64,000 nucleotides of DNA from Vermamoeba vermiformis (GCA_045837725.1 JBEWZL010000063.1:1-64000), one strand, 5' to 3'. Counted from the first letter of the stretch, positions 11,401-24,924 are shown. Program-made: numbers and translations. The notes: generated by a model not told the origin, from the letters alone.

Positions 11401-14400
11401 GAACAGCTCAAAGTACGCTCAGCTGCCAGCCTGCAAGCAAACTACTTCAATTCGTCGCTTCACGTCTGGGAGCCATTTATCGAACCCATGGTTTTCGAAG
11501 TAGGCGTAACAGGAGCACACGTGAACATCGTTAGCGAGTACTCGTTGAATGTCAACGTGACCAAGGCACTGACGCGACAAGCGCAACAAACGTACAAGAA
11601 ATGGAAAGCCGACTTCACCAATACGCCACTCAAACCCAAGCGCAAGAACATGCAAGATGCGCTGATGGGAAGGGCTGTAAGGGTCGGAGGATACCTCTCG
11701 AAAACGTGATTTTAACGATCTGTTTAGGAAATTCAAGCATTGGAAACCAGCCAGTATGCTGTGCAAAACCGCACGAACATTGACCTCGAAATGAAATTTG
11801 ACGTGAACAATGTCAACGTGGGTCAGCAAGCTGATGCTAAGACGTATCAACTCAAGGCCAAGTCTGACCCAGTTTCAATTCCTTCGGAGGTTATTCAGAT
11901 GGCAATCGCCTCGATGTAAGTATTTTATGCTCGTGCACGCTGTTACAATAGCTGACCCGTTGTAGAAAACCCGCCGGAATGAATCTGAAATGGAGCAAAC
12001 GGATCAACCTTCGCGACTATAGAACAGCTAGCAATATAGTCGCTCTAGATTTTGAAGGAGAGCCGGGACAGACCGGCATGCGATTCTACTTTGCCATCGC
12101 CGTCGTGGAGGAAATCGTAATGTATGGCTCACAAATCCGTCATGGATTCGATGCGTTGTTAACGATCTTGTAGGAATACCAAGGCAGCTATAATCACAAT
12201 TTCTCCTGCTCTCGTTATCGACAACCAACTCCTCGCAGATATGGATTACTTTATTTTCCCAGTGGGAGCAAACACCGAAATCTCGCGAGCTAAAGTTGCC
12301 AAGCAAGAGACCCTTGCTGTGCTAGACTTGCCTGTCGACAAGAATCTTCAGATAGCTATTAGAATACCAGGATTCAATAAGTGCATAAAGCTGCCGTTGT
12401 CTCCATTCAAAGCAACCAACACTGCCTTCTCTCTGATGGACGACCAGGGCAAAACATTCAAACCGAGCTACGAGCTCAGCATCGACGCTTACGGCACAGC
12501 GGTGGCAACGATCTACAGCCCGTATTGGATCATCAACAAGAGTGGCCTGCCCCTCGTATTCTGCACAAGCAAAGAGTCCAAGTCTGTTGCCCCGTTGCAA
12601 AGTAAGAGTTCGTACTTCTTGCGTTCTTATTCTAACCGCTTGATAGATCAACTCAAGCTTGACAAAGACTATCAGAGTCTGTTGTTAGGTGAAATTGAGC
12701 CACGTGAGCTGTACTTCAAGGAGTTTTTGAATGAAGCACCATTGATGCTTGCATTCCCTCAGGGTGATCCGGTACGTAGTAACCTTTCCTTCGTCCGCAA
12801 CTTTTATTTACTGTTAACAGGATTTGGTTATGCGAATGTCTGGCGGTTATGTCAGCAAGCCTTTGAGTTTGAAAGCACAAAATAGCAAGGGCTACGTGAC
12901 AGTGACAAACGAAAAGAAAGACAGCAAGTCTCAGAAGCTGTTTGAACTCGCTGTATCTGTCGAACCAGCCAAGAACAGAGTAAGTGATCGATACAGTTTT
13001 TTCCTCGCGCTAATCGTTGCGTAGTTCTGGCGTACTAAAGTCGTCATTGTCTACCCCCGATTCTTCTTTGTCAACAAGACCGCAAAGACTATTTTCATCA
13101 TGCAAGAAGGTGTCACCAAATCCTTCTCGCTCCTCCCTCAAGAGACGTATCCGTTCCACTGGCCATTCCGCAAGCCTGCCAACAAGGAGAAAGAGCGTGC
13201 CATTGCCATCAAAACAGACAACCCCAATTGCGACTGGTCCGGAGCATTCCCGATTGACGAACAGGCCAATTACTCAATTACTATGCGCACGTTAGCATCG
13301 CAAGCGCTTGGCCAATTGCGCGTGCAGTCCAGACTACGTGACGACGGCATTACGATCGTGGACTTCTACGAGACCAATGATAACCCTCTCTACTGCATTC
13401 AAAACAACTTCAGCGAACCAATCGTTGTATTCCAAAAGGTAAGAAACCCTTTCTGATACATCATTTTACTAACCTCTTCTAGGGTGGCCGAGTCCGATTG
13501 AACATCAACCCTAAGTCCATCAGCAACTGGGGCTTTGATGAACCACGTCTCGATCCTATCGTCGTGGTCGAAGTACCACGCTTGAAACAACTGTTCCAGG
13601 TCAACATGGACGTGATTACTGGCACTGAGAATGAAGAAGAGGAGGACAAGGTAAAGAATCGCTTGTGCTATCTGTACGTGTTTTTTACTCACTCACACCT
13701 TGTAGAAAAAGAAGCAAAACGTACCCGTGCAACTCCAGGTCAACGTCGAAGGCGGAGCACGAGTGCTGAGCGTGACACCTCAAACAGGTAAACCCGCTGT
13801 GCCCAAGTTAGCCGTCGAGTCCAAAGAAACATTCCGCTTCACTGTGAAGCTACGCCAGATTGGCCTGTCAGTGATCAGTCAGAAGCCTGAAGAATTGTTG
13901 TTCTTCTGCATCGACAACTTTATGTTCACCTACGTCAACTACCCCGAGAAGCGAACGCTAGAACTGTTTATTAAGGACTTCCAAGTCGACAATCAAGTCT
14001 CGTACACGCTACCTACTGCCTTGTACTCGGTAGCTGAAGCTCCGCCTCAATTCTTGCGCATGTCAGCTGTGTTCTCCAATCTCAGTAAGTCCGCGTGCTT
14101 TGATTGAAATAGTTAGCACTAACACATCTCCAGACAAATCGCTGAATCACATTCAATACTTCTCTGTTCTACTACGCGAGACGTTCTTGGCACTTGACGA
14201 ACGAACTCTTTTGAAACTTCTGTACTTCGTAGATATCACGCTTGAGACCTTGCAAAACGACGAAGATCACGAGTTTGGCATGCCTGAACTGTACGTAACT
14301 TGTAAATACATGAACGGTAGCTAATAATAATGTAGGCCTGAGAATATCATCGAAAACGTTGCAAATGACCCAATGCAACTCAACTGGGTGTTTGCTTCGC

Positions 14401-15578
14401 TCATTCACATTAACCCGATGAAGTTCCACATTACGTTCATTGGTAATCGCGACAAAACCTCTGAAAAGTCGAACATGACGAGTATTTTGTTGGGCATTCC
14501 TAAGGACTTGATTGTGAACATCGATCGTGCCCCGTTGCAACTCCGCGGTGTCATCATCGAGAATCAGCTCTCGACGCAGCAAGTCCTCGCCAGCACGTTG
14601 TTGCAGAACTTCAAGCAGCAACTCATTCGTGAGGTGTACAAACTGGTTGGATCTGCTGAATTCTTGGGCAATCCCATCGGCTTCGTTCAATCACTCGGCA
14701 CCGGTGTCAGCGATTTCTTCTACGAGCCAGCCAAGGGTGTGACTGTCAGCCCTGAAGAGTTTGCACACGGTGTTGCCAAAGGAACGTGGAGTCTTGTGAA
14801 GAACTCTATCTATGGACTGTTCAACAGCGCTTCAAAGTTCACTGGCAGTCTTGGTAGCGGTGTCGCGGTACTCTCGTGGGACGAAGACTACCAACGTCAA
14901 CGACAAGAGGACCGCCAACAGAACAAGCCAAAGCACGCCCTGGAAGGCTTTGGACAAGGATTGCTCGGTCTTGGCAAGGGCATCTTCCACGGTGTAACAG
15001 GCATCATTGCCGAGCCCATCAAAGGAGCACAGAGCGAAGGAGGCGAAGGATTCTTCAAAGGTCTTGGCCGTGGTCTCGCAGGTGTGGTCGTCAAACCTGT
15101 TGTTGGTGCATTAGATCTTGCCAGCAAAACCACCGAAGGTATTTCGAACACGACAGAACTGTTCGACAAGAAAGTGAAGAGAAAGAGACCTCCTCGTCAC
15201 TTTGCGACCAACAAACTCGAAGTGTACAACCAAGATCAAGCACACGCTGAAGATATTTTGCACTCCATTGGTCAAGGCAGACATCGCGAAGAGAAGTTTA
15301 TGTTCCGCGTTTCGCTGCCCGAGGGAATCTACATGATCACCTCAGATCAAACTATCATCGTACGCAACGGAAAGGAGAACAAGACGATCTCTCGTATGCC
15401 ATTCAGCGACGTCAAGTCAATCAGCTACGAGAACTCGATTGTGATCATCGGCTTGCTGTCTCAGACGGAACGCCAAAAGGGTATTAAGTGCAGTTCACCT
15501 GAGGACGCTGCAGCGACAGCTGAGAAGCTGAAAGTTGTCTTCAACTTGTGGCAACAGAGCCAGAAGCAACTATTTTAA
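5422..15578 (+). CDS. VPS13: VPS13 family bulk lipid-transfer protein (many introns)
   Basis: Chorein N-terminus (LLSNYFE...GGELELTELVIKRNILDNLRLPLKIKFGSVGRLKL-VPW), ANYFNSSLHVWEPFIEP, YSPYWIINKSGLPL (VAB/SHR-BD), QVDNQ, LVGSAEFLGNPIG and the glycine-rich ATG2_C region GFFKGLGRGLAGVVVKPVVGALD, RPPR and a PH-like end. Confidence 0.95.
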
Positions 15579-15682
15579 TCTTTGTTTCGGATCACATGAA
15601 ACACCAGTTTTTTGTTAATAAATTTTTACACTACCATAATTGCGTCTATAATTACAGCGAATAAACCACAAGAATAAGCTCC

Positions 15683-18133
15683 TCACTTTTTCTTGAAGAA
15701 TGACGCAATGTTAGCTTGCTTGGCAGGACCTTGCTTGCTTGCCGCAGCCTCTTCCGTCTTGGCAGAGGTCTCGCTGGGCTTTGTTTTGGCCTCTTCTTCC
15801 TCGACTGGAACTTCGACCACTTTTTCTACATTTCGCACAACTGTTGCATCGTTAGTAAATTGTGTTGACAACTAATTATGGCAGTTACCAGTATAGCCAT
15901 TCTCATCAGTGTATTCCTCAGTGACTGTAACTTTCTTCTTCATCATGCGCTTGCCAGTCGTGCTAGTGGTGCTGGTAGCAGCTTTGTTGCTCTCAGCGTC
16001 GTTTTTAACGGAGAAGAACGAATTCAACTTCTGATTCGTGTCAGTCTTTTGCTTCTTAGACTTGCGTTGAGGCTTGTTATCGTCTTCATTCTCCTTGTCC
16101 TCGTTGTCGTTGTCTTCTTTGTCGGCCTCATCGTCTTCACGCTTTCGCTTCTTGCCGCGTGACTTGGGCGCTGCTTCTTCGCTCGTTTCAGCAGCAGCTT
16201 TTTTGCCCTTCTTCGCGGGCTTTTCGGCTTTTTCTTCGACTTCCATTTCATCTTCGTCTTGCTCTTTTTTGCCCTTCTTTGTAGCCTTCTTCGGCGATTT
16301 CTCTTCCTTTTCTTTAGCTGCTTTCTTTGATTTGGCTGCAGGCTTGGTCTCCTCGGCCTCAGCGGTAGATTTCTTTGTTTTCTTGGCAGCAGGCTTTTCG
16401 GCAACCTCTTCAGCTTGCTTCTCGGCTTTGGCGGCCGATTTCTTTGTTGCCTTCTTGGGTGAAGGTGAAGCTTTGTCTTCTTTGACTGGCGAAGAGGACT
16501 TCTTGTTCTTTTTCTTCTCAACTATTTCGTGTGCACTCAACTCGTCTAATTAAATAGCAAGTTAATATAGAGAATACAAAGGACTGATTAGGCTTACCTT
16601 CATCTTCCTCGCCGCTAAGGTCCATGGCATCTTCTTCGACCTTTTTCTTCTCGGGTGTTTTCTTCTTCTCGGGAGTCTTCTTGGCTTGCTTTTCATCCTT
16701 CTTAGGGCTCTTGGCAGGAGATTTCGCGGGAGATTTCTTTTCTTCAACTTCAGCCTCGTCTTCGTCGTCGCTTTCAACTACTGCACGACGCTTCTTAGTC
16801 GGTGAAGAAGTTGCAGCCTGTTTCGACTCGGTCTTTTGAGGACTGTCTTTTTTCTTCTTGTCACTCGCTTTGACTGGCTCCTTGTTCTCGCTCTTGGCGC
16901 CGTCATCTTCTTCAGCATTCGAGCGCAATCGTCGCTTTTGTTTGCTTTCAACCGGGGTGTCATCGAGTTCAATCTCATCTTCATCCTCTCTTTTCTTCTG
17001 CTTTCTTTTCCTCGGCCTTTTTCTTCGGCGATGACTTGGCAGGTGAAGTTTTCTTAGTCTCTGTTTTAGCTGCGGCTCCTTCGGTCTGTTTGCCCGCGGA
17101 GAAAAAGCTAGAAATTCCGCCCTTCTTTGCGCTGGGCTTAGGAGCGGCCTCAGTCTTGGCTGGCGGCTTTTCTTTGGGTTGTTCCGCTGCAGCCTCGCTC
17201 TTCTTGGGCTGTTTCTCGGTCTTAGTTTTGGTCTCTGTAGTCTCAGCAGCCTTAGCTTTCGGTTTGTCATCTTCGAGCTTGTCCTTCGAGTCTTGTTTCT
17301 TGAAGAAGCTTTGAGCGGCAGCTGCTTTGGGCTTTGATCCGTCGACCACAATACGACTCTCTGAGCGTTGACTGGAAAGAATTTTTTGCGCGGTGACTGA
17401 AGCTGATTCTTCGAGGGACTTGATCTCACCCCAACTATATTATACGAAGTTAACAATATGATATTAATGATACTAAACGAGGATATTATACGTACCGATG
17501 ATCAATGTAAGGATTTTCTAAGGTGTTTGATGACTGTTGATCCAAAGAGTGCCACAAGTCACGATCAGCAGTGCATAACTGTGCGCTGTCTTCTGGCGTA
17601 CTCTCTTGAACGCTGTAAATGTGGAGCGATGTAATCGTTGAAAATGTTTTCTTGGCGTCTAGATTCGACAGATCGTGAGCGATAAGTTTGCAACAAAATA
17701 CTTTCGCGTAATTTTTAAATGTACCTTCGAGTTGTGATTTTTTTGCTAATTTAATCGATTGTGTCTTTGTTTTCTTGCTGGTTCCTGAGATGAGATAAAC
17801 GACATCCACTTTCTTGTTCTTCGAGACAAAGTCAAACAACATTCTAATAATATAATTAATATTAATACCTAAATGCATAGAGAATAATTATTATACTTAC
17901 TGCTTGGCTGCATTGAGAGGAACCTCCAAGGTAGCGCTCAACCATTTATACGTGACCTAGACAATTTAGTAGCAAGAGAAAATTGATATAAATATGATAC
18001 TCATATAATTTACAATATTATAAAAATATTCAAAGACAAAGCTAATGCAAAATCGTCTAGATTTGGATACGATCTTTTTCTCGTCAAGCACCCATTGCTC
18101 TAAGCTCTGCAAATACAATCGATCTGTAGCCAT
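15683..18133 (-). CDS. POLD3: DNA polymerase delta subunit 3 (Cdc27/p66/Pol32)
   Basis: N-terminus MATDRLYLQSLEQWVLDEKKI-VTYKWLSATLEVPLNAAKQMLFDF...SLHIYSVQ. Long K/E low-complexity middle, KKKVTVTEEYTDENGY, and C-terminal PIP box QANIASFFKKK. Confidence 0.9.
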
Positions 18134-18215
18134 TTTGATTGTACTTTGAAGTGTTCAGTAAATAAAAATAGATAATAAACGGCTAACATTGTTTTTTGAA
18201 TTTTAGAGCTTTTTT

Positions 18216-18226
18216 GCGCGCCAAAA
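18216..18226 (-). promoter_or_regulatory. E2F-type site upstream of POLD3
   Basis: Minus strand TTTTGGCGCGC ~85 bp upstream of the ATG; matches the TTTSSCGC consensus. Confidence 0.6.
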
Positions 18227-18324
18227 TCGAGGTAGCACAACGGCAATTAATTGTCGGTAAACAAGCTGAAATAGCTATTTACTGAGTCTCCTAGTACATT
18301 TGATGAACTGGTCCGCGAGTACGC

Positions 18325-19973
18325 TTACACAGACCACTCATCATCATCTTCTGCGTGACCACCGCCGTGCGCGTCAATGTCGAGATCTTGACGTCTGGCA
18401 GCCATGGCAGCAGCGAGAGTGTCAGCGAGGGTTTTCTTCTTCTCGCTGCTCACGTTCTTCAAGTCGACTGGGGCGTCGCCTGAAGCTGCAACTGGGCGCA
18501 AAGAAGTACCTTGACGAATGGAGTCCAACAAACTGCCACGGTCATCGCTCACCGGCGGCAAAGTAGAGCCACTGCGCGGTACTGCAGTGCCAGTGGTCGG
18601 TGGTGGAGGTGGCGGTGCGACACCAGGCGTGGGTGGAGGGGGTGGTGTTGGAGCGACAGGTGGTGGTGGAGGTGGTGGCACAGCGCCGCCAGTTGACTCC
18701 TCGACGTGCGTGTCCTGATGACCGTAATCAGGCTCAGGTTGCGAGACAACGGTGGGCTGTGGAGGTTGTGGAGGAGGAGGAGTGTAGTGCTGTTGTGGCT
18801 GCTGAGGCTGCGGTGGAGGAGGCGGGGCGTTGACATGGACAGGTGCCACGGGTGCCACGGGCTGCGTTGGAGCAACACCAGGTTGAGGAGGAGGTGGTGC
18901 CATGCCCGAGTCAGCCAACATAGCGTCAGTAATGACGTTCATGACGTACTTGGCCGTTGCTGCGTCTTTGAGCTCGCTCTTCTTCACACCAGCGGCAGCG
19001 AACAATTGTTTCCACTCGGGTGGAATGTTATTAATCTCAAAGCCCTTGTCTGTGAAAGTGTTAATAATGCGATAGAATATCAACGCTTGATATCATCTTG
19101 CGTAGTATAGAAGTGTTTACTAACCTGGATCCCAACCAATGTGAGATTGATGACGGAAGTTGGTCGGTCCACTCAAGCTGAAGTTGGCTCCTGGCTCCTC
19201 CCTGCAATCACCAGTTAATACATATGACTCACATCGATGTAGTATGAGTACTACTTACTTCTTGAACAGCTTGGTGACGAAATCAAACGGGTTCTTTTTC
19301 TTTTTCTTCTCACCGCTCTTGCCAGATTCAGCCTTGACAGTCTTCTCGGCTTGAATGATGTTCTGCTTGGCTTGGACCTTCTGCTCAGCAGTCATATAGG
19401 GCGAGTTCTTGCAATAGAGCACCTTGTTGAAGAACTCTTTGGCTTCGCCTTCGTCCGCGAAACTCAATCCCGCAACGGCGTGATCGGTCTCAAAAGTATG
19501 GAAGAATGGAGCGGAGACTTGGTAGATGAAACCTTGATAGAATTCTTGTTCCCATACAACGGCGCGTGTCTAAAGCACGTGTAAGCGTAAAGGCGTATTG
19601 AAAAGGGTAATTATTGACTTGAAAATTCAACTAAAAAACAAATTTAATTACCTACTACACTAAAAAATACGCATAATATTATTTTGATAACGCCGTAATA
19701 TATATGATCATAATTAAAGCATTACTTACTTGAAGATTGACGAGACGCAAAAAATAAGACTTTTTGTTTGGATCGCCGCATACAGCAACAGCACCGACTA
19801 ATCCAGTATTGCACCATGCATTATTAGAAGCTATATATAACTTGGCGATAGCAGCGCTCTTGATCTAACGGAGGTAATTAGAATTCTACCGCCATGGCTC
19901 GCGTGCTACTTACTTCAGCATTGCCAAGAGCCGATCGAACAACGCCGTAGTCTTCAGTAGTAACTGCAGGCAT
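18325..19973 (-). CDS. WASP: WASP family actin nucleation-promoting factor
   Basis: WH1 (SAAIAKLYIASNNAW...VWEQEFYQGFIYQVSAPFFHTFETDHAVAGLSFADEGEA), CRIB (LSGPTNFRHQSHIGWDP), IPPEWKQLFAAAGV, poly-Pro, WH2 (RGSLLDSIRQGTSLRPV), central helix and acidic DDDEW end. Confidence 0.95.
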
Positions 19974-20445
19974 CGAGATAATTGACCTGTGTTGCTTGCT
20001 GGAGTAAAAAAAATTGATCTGAAGAATGAAATTTTATTTTTGGTTTAGCCTTTCAACCAGACCGAAAAGAAGAGCTTGAAGGTATTAATACCTTATAAAT
20101 ACCATCGCAACTACAACTTGGCTGCGACCTGATTACAAGCTTGCCTTTGCTGCGGTGCTGTTCTCCGTGTCACGTGCTCACGTACGCGTAGCTGGTATTG
20201 AACGGATCACAACGGTAATCGAGAATGCACTCTAGAGTCTACTGAGACTACAGCGCGGCGTTTGTTCGTGTTGTCCTTGAGCAAATGGAGAATGCAGTAT
20301 CGCTCCTCGTATCATTGGCAATTGTGCTGGGCATCACGCAGACGCGAGAGACCAACTAGCGAGAGTGATCTCCTAGCACAAAGGCAGGGCTCTGAAGTAC
20401 GAACAAAATGAAGTCGGTTCCATGCTCGTCGAGCTCATCAGTGCG

Positions 20446-22192
20446 CTACCACCACTTGACATTGGCCAAGGCGAACTGAGCATTGTACGGGTGAAAGTAC
20501 GGTGGGAGCACAGTGCTACTGTTCCTCCTCGGACCCTCATCAAAGTCGAATTGAGTCGTGAGTGTGATCAGTTCAGTCACCACGTTGTCGTCGCCTGCAA
20601 TCTGTTGCGGCAGATCTTGCATGTACTTCATCAGATTCGTGTAGTCCAAGGCTTTAAGAGCTTCTACAAGCAAGGATTTAGAATCAAATGAATTAATATA
20701 TCGTGTATTCCAGCGTACCTTGGTGTTTGTAGAGCAATGCGAGCACGATCTTGACGGCGAAGTTGAATCCGTCGATCAAAAACATGTCCCAAACACGAAC
20801 CACAAAATTGAGCTCAAATTGTTGAGCGAATAACGTGCGTAGCCAAGACATGATAAAGACCTCCGCACTCAATTCATTGGATTCCTAAGCAAGATTATTA
20901 GCACGTGGCAGATCTGAGATCTTGGACGATTAAACTGCTTACAAAATGAGTGTTCAACTGCGGCAAGTATCTCTTCAACACCTTCTTGAATAGGTCCACG
21001 TATTCATTGGTGTGCACGAACAGTGTCTTCACTCCTAAGTGTTCCATCATGTACACAAACATCCAGTACGCGTGCTACGTAGAACTCATCAGTACGTGCT
21101 GGAATGATGTGCTAAATATAACAAACATACCTCCTCGTCTAAATAGAGGCACAATATCACGACTATATAAGACATGCCTTGTTGATAACCCACATCTGGC
21201 ATCGCGTTGTGGAAGGAGCTTAAAATATTGCGTACCGCGTTCATACTGGCGATAACTAATAAGTATGCGATGCCAAGTACTTGTTTATATACGACACTTA
21301 CGTGCTTAATCTCCAGGCAGGTCGCTCACTGAAAGTACGATCTGCATCCGTTGAGATGGATGCGGCGAGTTCAGTACTTATAGATTTGCTTAGCGACTAT
21401 TTATAATATGTTAGTACGCATACAGGTGCTTGTGACAGTTCACTTACGCTATAGTTCTTCTTTGTATCGGATAACTTGTCGGTCAAAGCTGTCCAAAACA
21501 GGGTACGCATCCGCTTTGAGATCGGACCACGTACAGCGAGTTGTGTCTTCAATGCCACGACATTCCAATTATGAACGTATGCGATGAGATCTGGCATTGG
21601 TACATTTTGTTCATTTGCGTTATTATAGTTTGTAATGCTTGATTCTGTGCCTTCTGTCTTCTCTGGCGGATTTGTTTCCGATTTCGACCGCCGTTCTAAT
21701 AAAAATCTCAATAAAGGATTAGGCAACAGAGGAGATACGAGGATAAGAAAATTATCAAGAGATTTCAGCAGCTTATTTGTTGGATCTTAAACAGATCAGC
21801 GGATCTTGAATTTGCGTAGAAGCATTATTCGCTTATTAATTAGCATTATTTAAAATATTGGTAGAGGCATACCGCACAAAAAATTGAATTGTTTTTCGAA
21901 GATCGGATCAACTTACTTATTTTATAACACTGCTCGCATATACGTTGTGGTTTGTTGTATCCTAATTCAGGCATATCTACTCTAGTCTTTGTACAGTCGT
22001 CACAGTAAATCATACCACATCTTCGGCAGTGATGCTGAAAAAATATTTTAAAATTCAATTCGAGCGAATTTATTACTTATTTATCGCGCAACATATACTA
22101 ACCTTGCGTTTAAATAGAGTGAAATTCATATTGCAGCCATGGCAAGTCGTGGCATTGGAATCTGGTTCCCAATCTGGTTTAACCACATCCAT
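20446..22192 (-). CDS. FYVE zinc finger + TBC (Rab-GAP) domain protein
   Basis: WEPDSNATTCHGC...RK-HHCRRCGMIYCDDC...RICEQC (FYVE). TBC motifs ISTDADRT (Arg finger), GYQQGMSYI (Gln finger), SWLRTLFA and VRVWDMFLIDG. Confidence 0.88.
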
Positions 22193-22355
22193 TCTTACAC
22201 CAACCAAGTAAATCCTTCTACATACGACACTGCAACTTAATCGTTGTTGCGGTGCTTGTTATGGTGCTTAAGGCTCACAAAATAAATAAAAATCGTTTTC
22301 TGTTTTCTTCAAAAGAACTTTCCACGCGGACGTCAAAGCAACAGCTCGCTGCACA

Positions 22356-24726
22356 ATGTTAGAATTGATTCCGTTTGCAGAGAGCGAGTGCTTGGTCTGC
22401 GTATTCTTAGGACCTAAAGGCAGATGGTTCCTGTTGAACCAAATCTCGCGTTTGGTGTTCGGATGGGATACGCGTGTTTTCAAACGAAAGATCCTCTACA
22501 ACGCCATGACTACGAAGAATAAATATCGAATCATCAAGGTCAGCGACAGCTACTTGTTAGAACAATTAAAAGCAATTAATATGGTCGATCGAGAATCCAA
22601 ACACGTGCATCTCATTCACATCGCCAGCTTGGACTCATTTATTAAGAGCTACAGCCGCAGATTATCCCTATTCACCAAGCTATACGATACCGTGCATAGA
22701 TTACAATGGGGCAATTCGAGTAACAACTACGAGGAATACGGCACCTACACCAAATCCTCGAAAACAGCGAAAAGAAAAAGAACTTTGACGATGGCCGATA
22801 AAAAATACGTGGCTTCACTGCAGAATTGGCTCTGTGCTTGGTGTGCTGAGACATTGCCTGCACGGTAATAATTTATTTTCTTTTTATTTTACGTAAATGC
22901 CAAAATAATTCAAATAATTCAAAAAAATCGAACAAATGCATCATTAGGCCGTAGTTTATACAACCAATATTCTTCTACTGTCTAAAATTAAATGAATTTT
23001 ATTTTGCCACTCAAATTCTTTTGCCCTTTCTTCCTAACTTAATCACCTTAATTAGCCGACCATGGCACTTTATTTTGCAGTTTCATATATTGGCGAAATT
23101 AATAATTCACGCGGAAAAACTCACGCATAAAAATGAAATCTTATTTGTGTCTCATTCACGTATTAATCTTTCTATTCGCTTAGCTTCGAAGTCGATCACA
23201 TTATGCAATTTGCAGAGGGAGGTTCAGACGACGTGGAAAACTTGCAGGCCTTGTGTCCGAACTGTCACGCTGTCAAAACTGAAATGGACCGACGAGTGCA
23301 GCGGCAACAAGACGAATACGAAACCACAGCATTATTATACGAGGACGATGAAAACAACAATACCAATCGCTCGTTCAAAGCTCCGGCAAAGAGATCTGCT
23401 GTGCCGTTGTTGGGCAACAAAAAACAACCGAGACCAAATATTGCACGAGGACCTGTGCGCATGACTCAATCACAGTCCCAGAGACAAGACAGCGATGAGG
23501 AGGAGATTGGCTTTGCAGATATTTTAGTGAACGACGAGGACGAGGACGAAGACGATGACACTTTGACACGTGTCAGCAAGAAGGCAAAAACGAGTCCAGA
23601 TGACAGTCCTGTTGCAAGTAACAAGAATAATAATGGACAAAAGTCGCAGAGGGAGGCAATTACTTCTTCCTTTTTTGGAAAACACGTGGCTGCAGCACGC
23701 AAGATCTCGAACCCGCCGAACAGACTACAGCCGAGTCAAAGCCAAGAAATCACGAATGACTATAATGACAAGGAGGAGGAGAGTTCGAGTGATGAGGACT
23801 TAGTGCTACCGCGTCACATGCAAGACGATGATGACGAGGACAGCGACGATCAGACACCTGACCCGCGCTTTGAAAAGAGTTTTATTGCGCCGAGCAGTAA
23901 TAACAACAAGACGATTGACAACAAGACCAACGGAAAGACTAGCAATTTGATTGTAAATAACAATGCCAACAATAACAAGAACAGCAATACGAAGGGCAAG
24001 GCGAGAAGTAATCCGTTCGAAGCTGATTTGGACGAAGAGACGCAAATATTGCCCGATAAGAATGACCTCAGCAGCGATAACAACAGGAGCAGCTACGACG
24101 AAGATGAAGAGATGAACGATGAAGACGAGGACAATAACAACGACAATAACAACGAGAGTCAAGTGCGAAGTGATAATGATATTGTGGATGACGAGGGCGA
24201 TGATAACAACGAAGGCAATAACACGAGTGGTGATAATAACAATGGCGATAACAACGGCGATGAGGAGGAGCAAAGTAGTGACAGCGACCAAGATTTGTTT
24301 GCCTCGCAAAATCCTGTCAAAGTGGTCAGCACGAAGACTGGTGAATGGACTAACATTAGGTACGTTAGAACTCATATTATTATATTAGTAACTTGTTAAT
24401 AATGTCTATGTAGCCCACATTTTGCAGCCAAAGAACTGGCCAATCCCAAGACACGACACTTGCAGACGTTGAAAGTGAACCAGTCCCTCGCTCTCAATGC
24501 GCTCAAACACCGCGTCATGACCAGCAACGCTCCTGACAAGAACAGTGTATTGGGAAACAATCCGATCAAAACTGCACCTGAGAAGACCGCGGCCAGTACT
24601 GCGACCAAGAAAAAACCGACGACGAAAGCGAAAGAGAGCAAAGCAGCCGCCAAGCCAAAGAAAAAAATCACCGAAGCAGCGCTCAAGTACGAGAAAATGT
24701 TGAAGGAGCGGCAAAAGAAGAAATAA
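22356..24726 (+). CDS. Putative DNA-binding domain + zinc-binding HNH endonuclease + long acidic/Asn-rich tail
   Basis: Introns 22865-23183 and 24360-24413 join KKYVASLQNWLCAWCAETLPAR-FEVDHIMQFAEGGSDDVENLQALCPNCHAVKT (CxxC...DH...GG...N...CxxCH). Basic NLS-like KRKR and a lysine-rich C-terminus. Confidence 0.85.
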
Positions 24727-24924
24727 CCACTGGCGACATGTGGGCGCAACGTTGCTGTCTCTTGTGGTGTACGTGTTCGAGGTTTAGTAGAGAATTTATT
24801 TTTTTGTGGTGGTGTAATTGTACAGTTCGTAGGATAATGTTTGGTTAAATTTAATTTTTGCCAGCGTTAGGAATCAACCATTTACTTGTACTACACTAGT
24901 CAACCATATTATTGCATCACTTTC

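Noticed and set aside
7113-15250. Minus-strand and alternate-frame ORFs within VPS13
   Set aside because: They are antisense shadows of a codon-biased long gene, with no recognisable domains.
15693-19110. Many overlapping antisense and alternate-frame ORFs over POLD3 and WASP
   Set aside because: They are shadows of low-complexity K/E- and Pro-rich coding sequence.
20100-20440. C/D-box snoRNA downstream of the TBC gene (TGATGA on the minus strand)
   Set aside because: No properly placed CTGA D box or terminal stem was found.
22356-24726. HNH gene as an IscB/Cas9/Fanzor-type RNA-guided nuclease
   Set aside because: No RuvC motifs, bridge helix, transposon ends or adjacent conserved ncRNA are visible.
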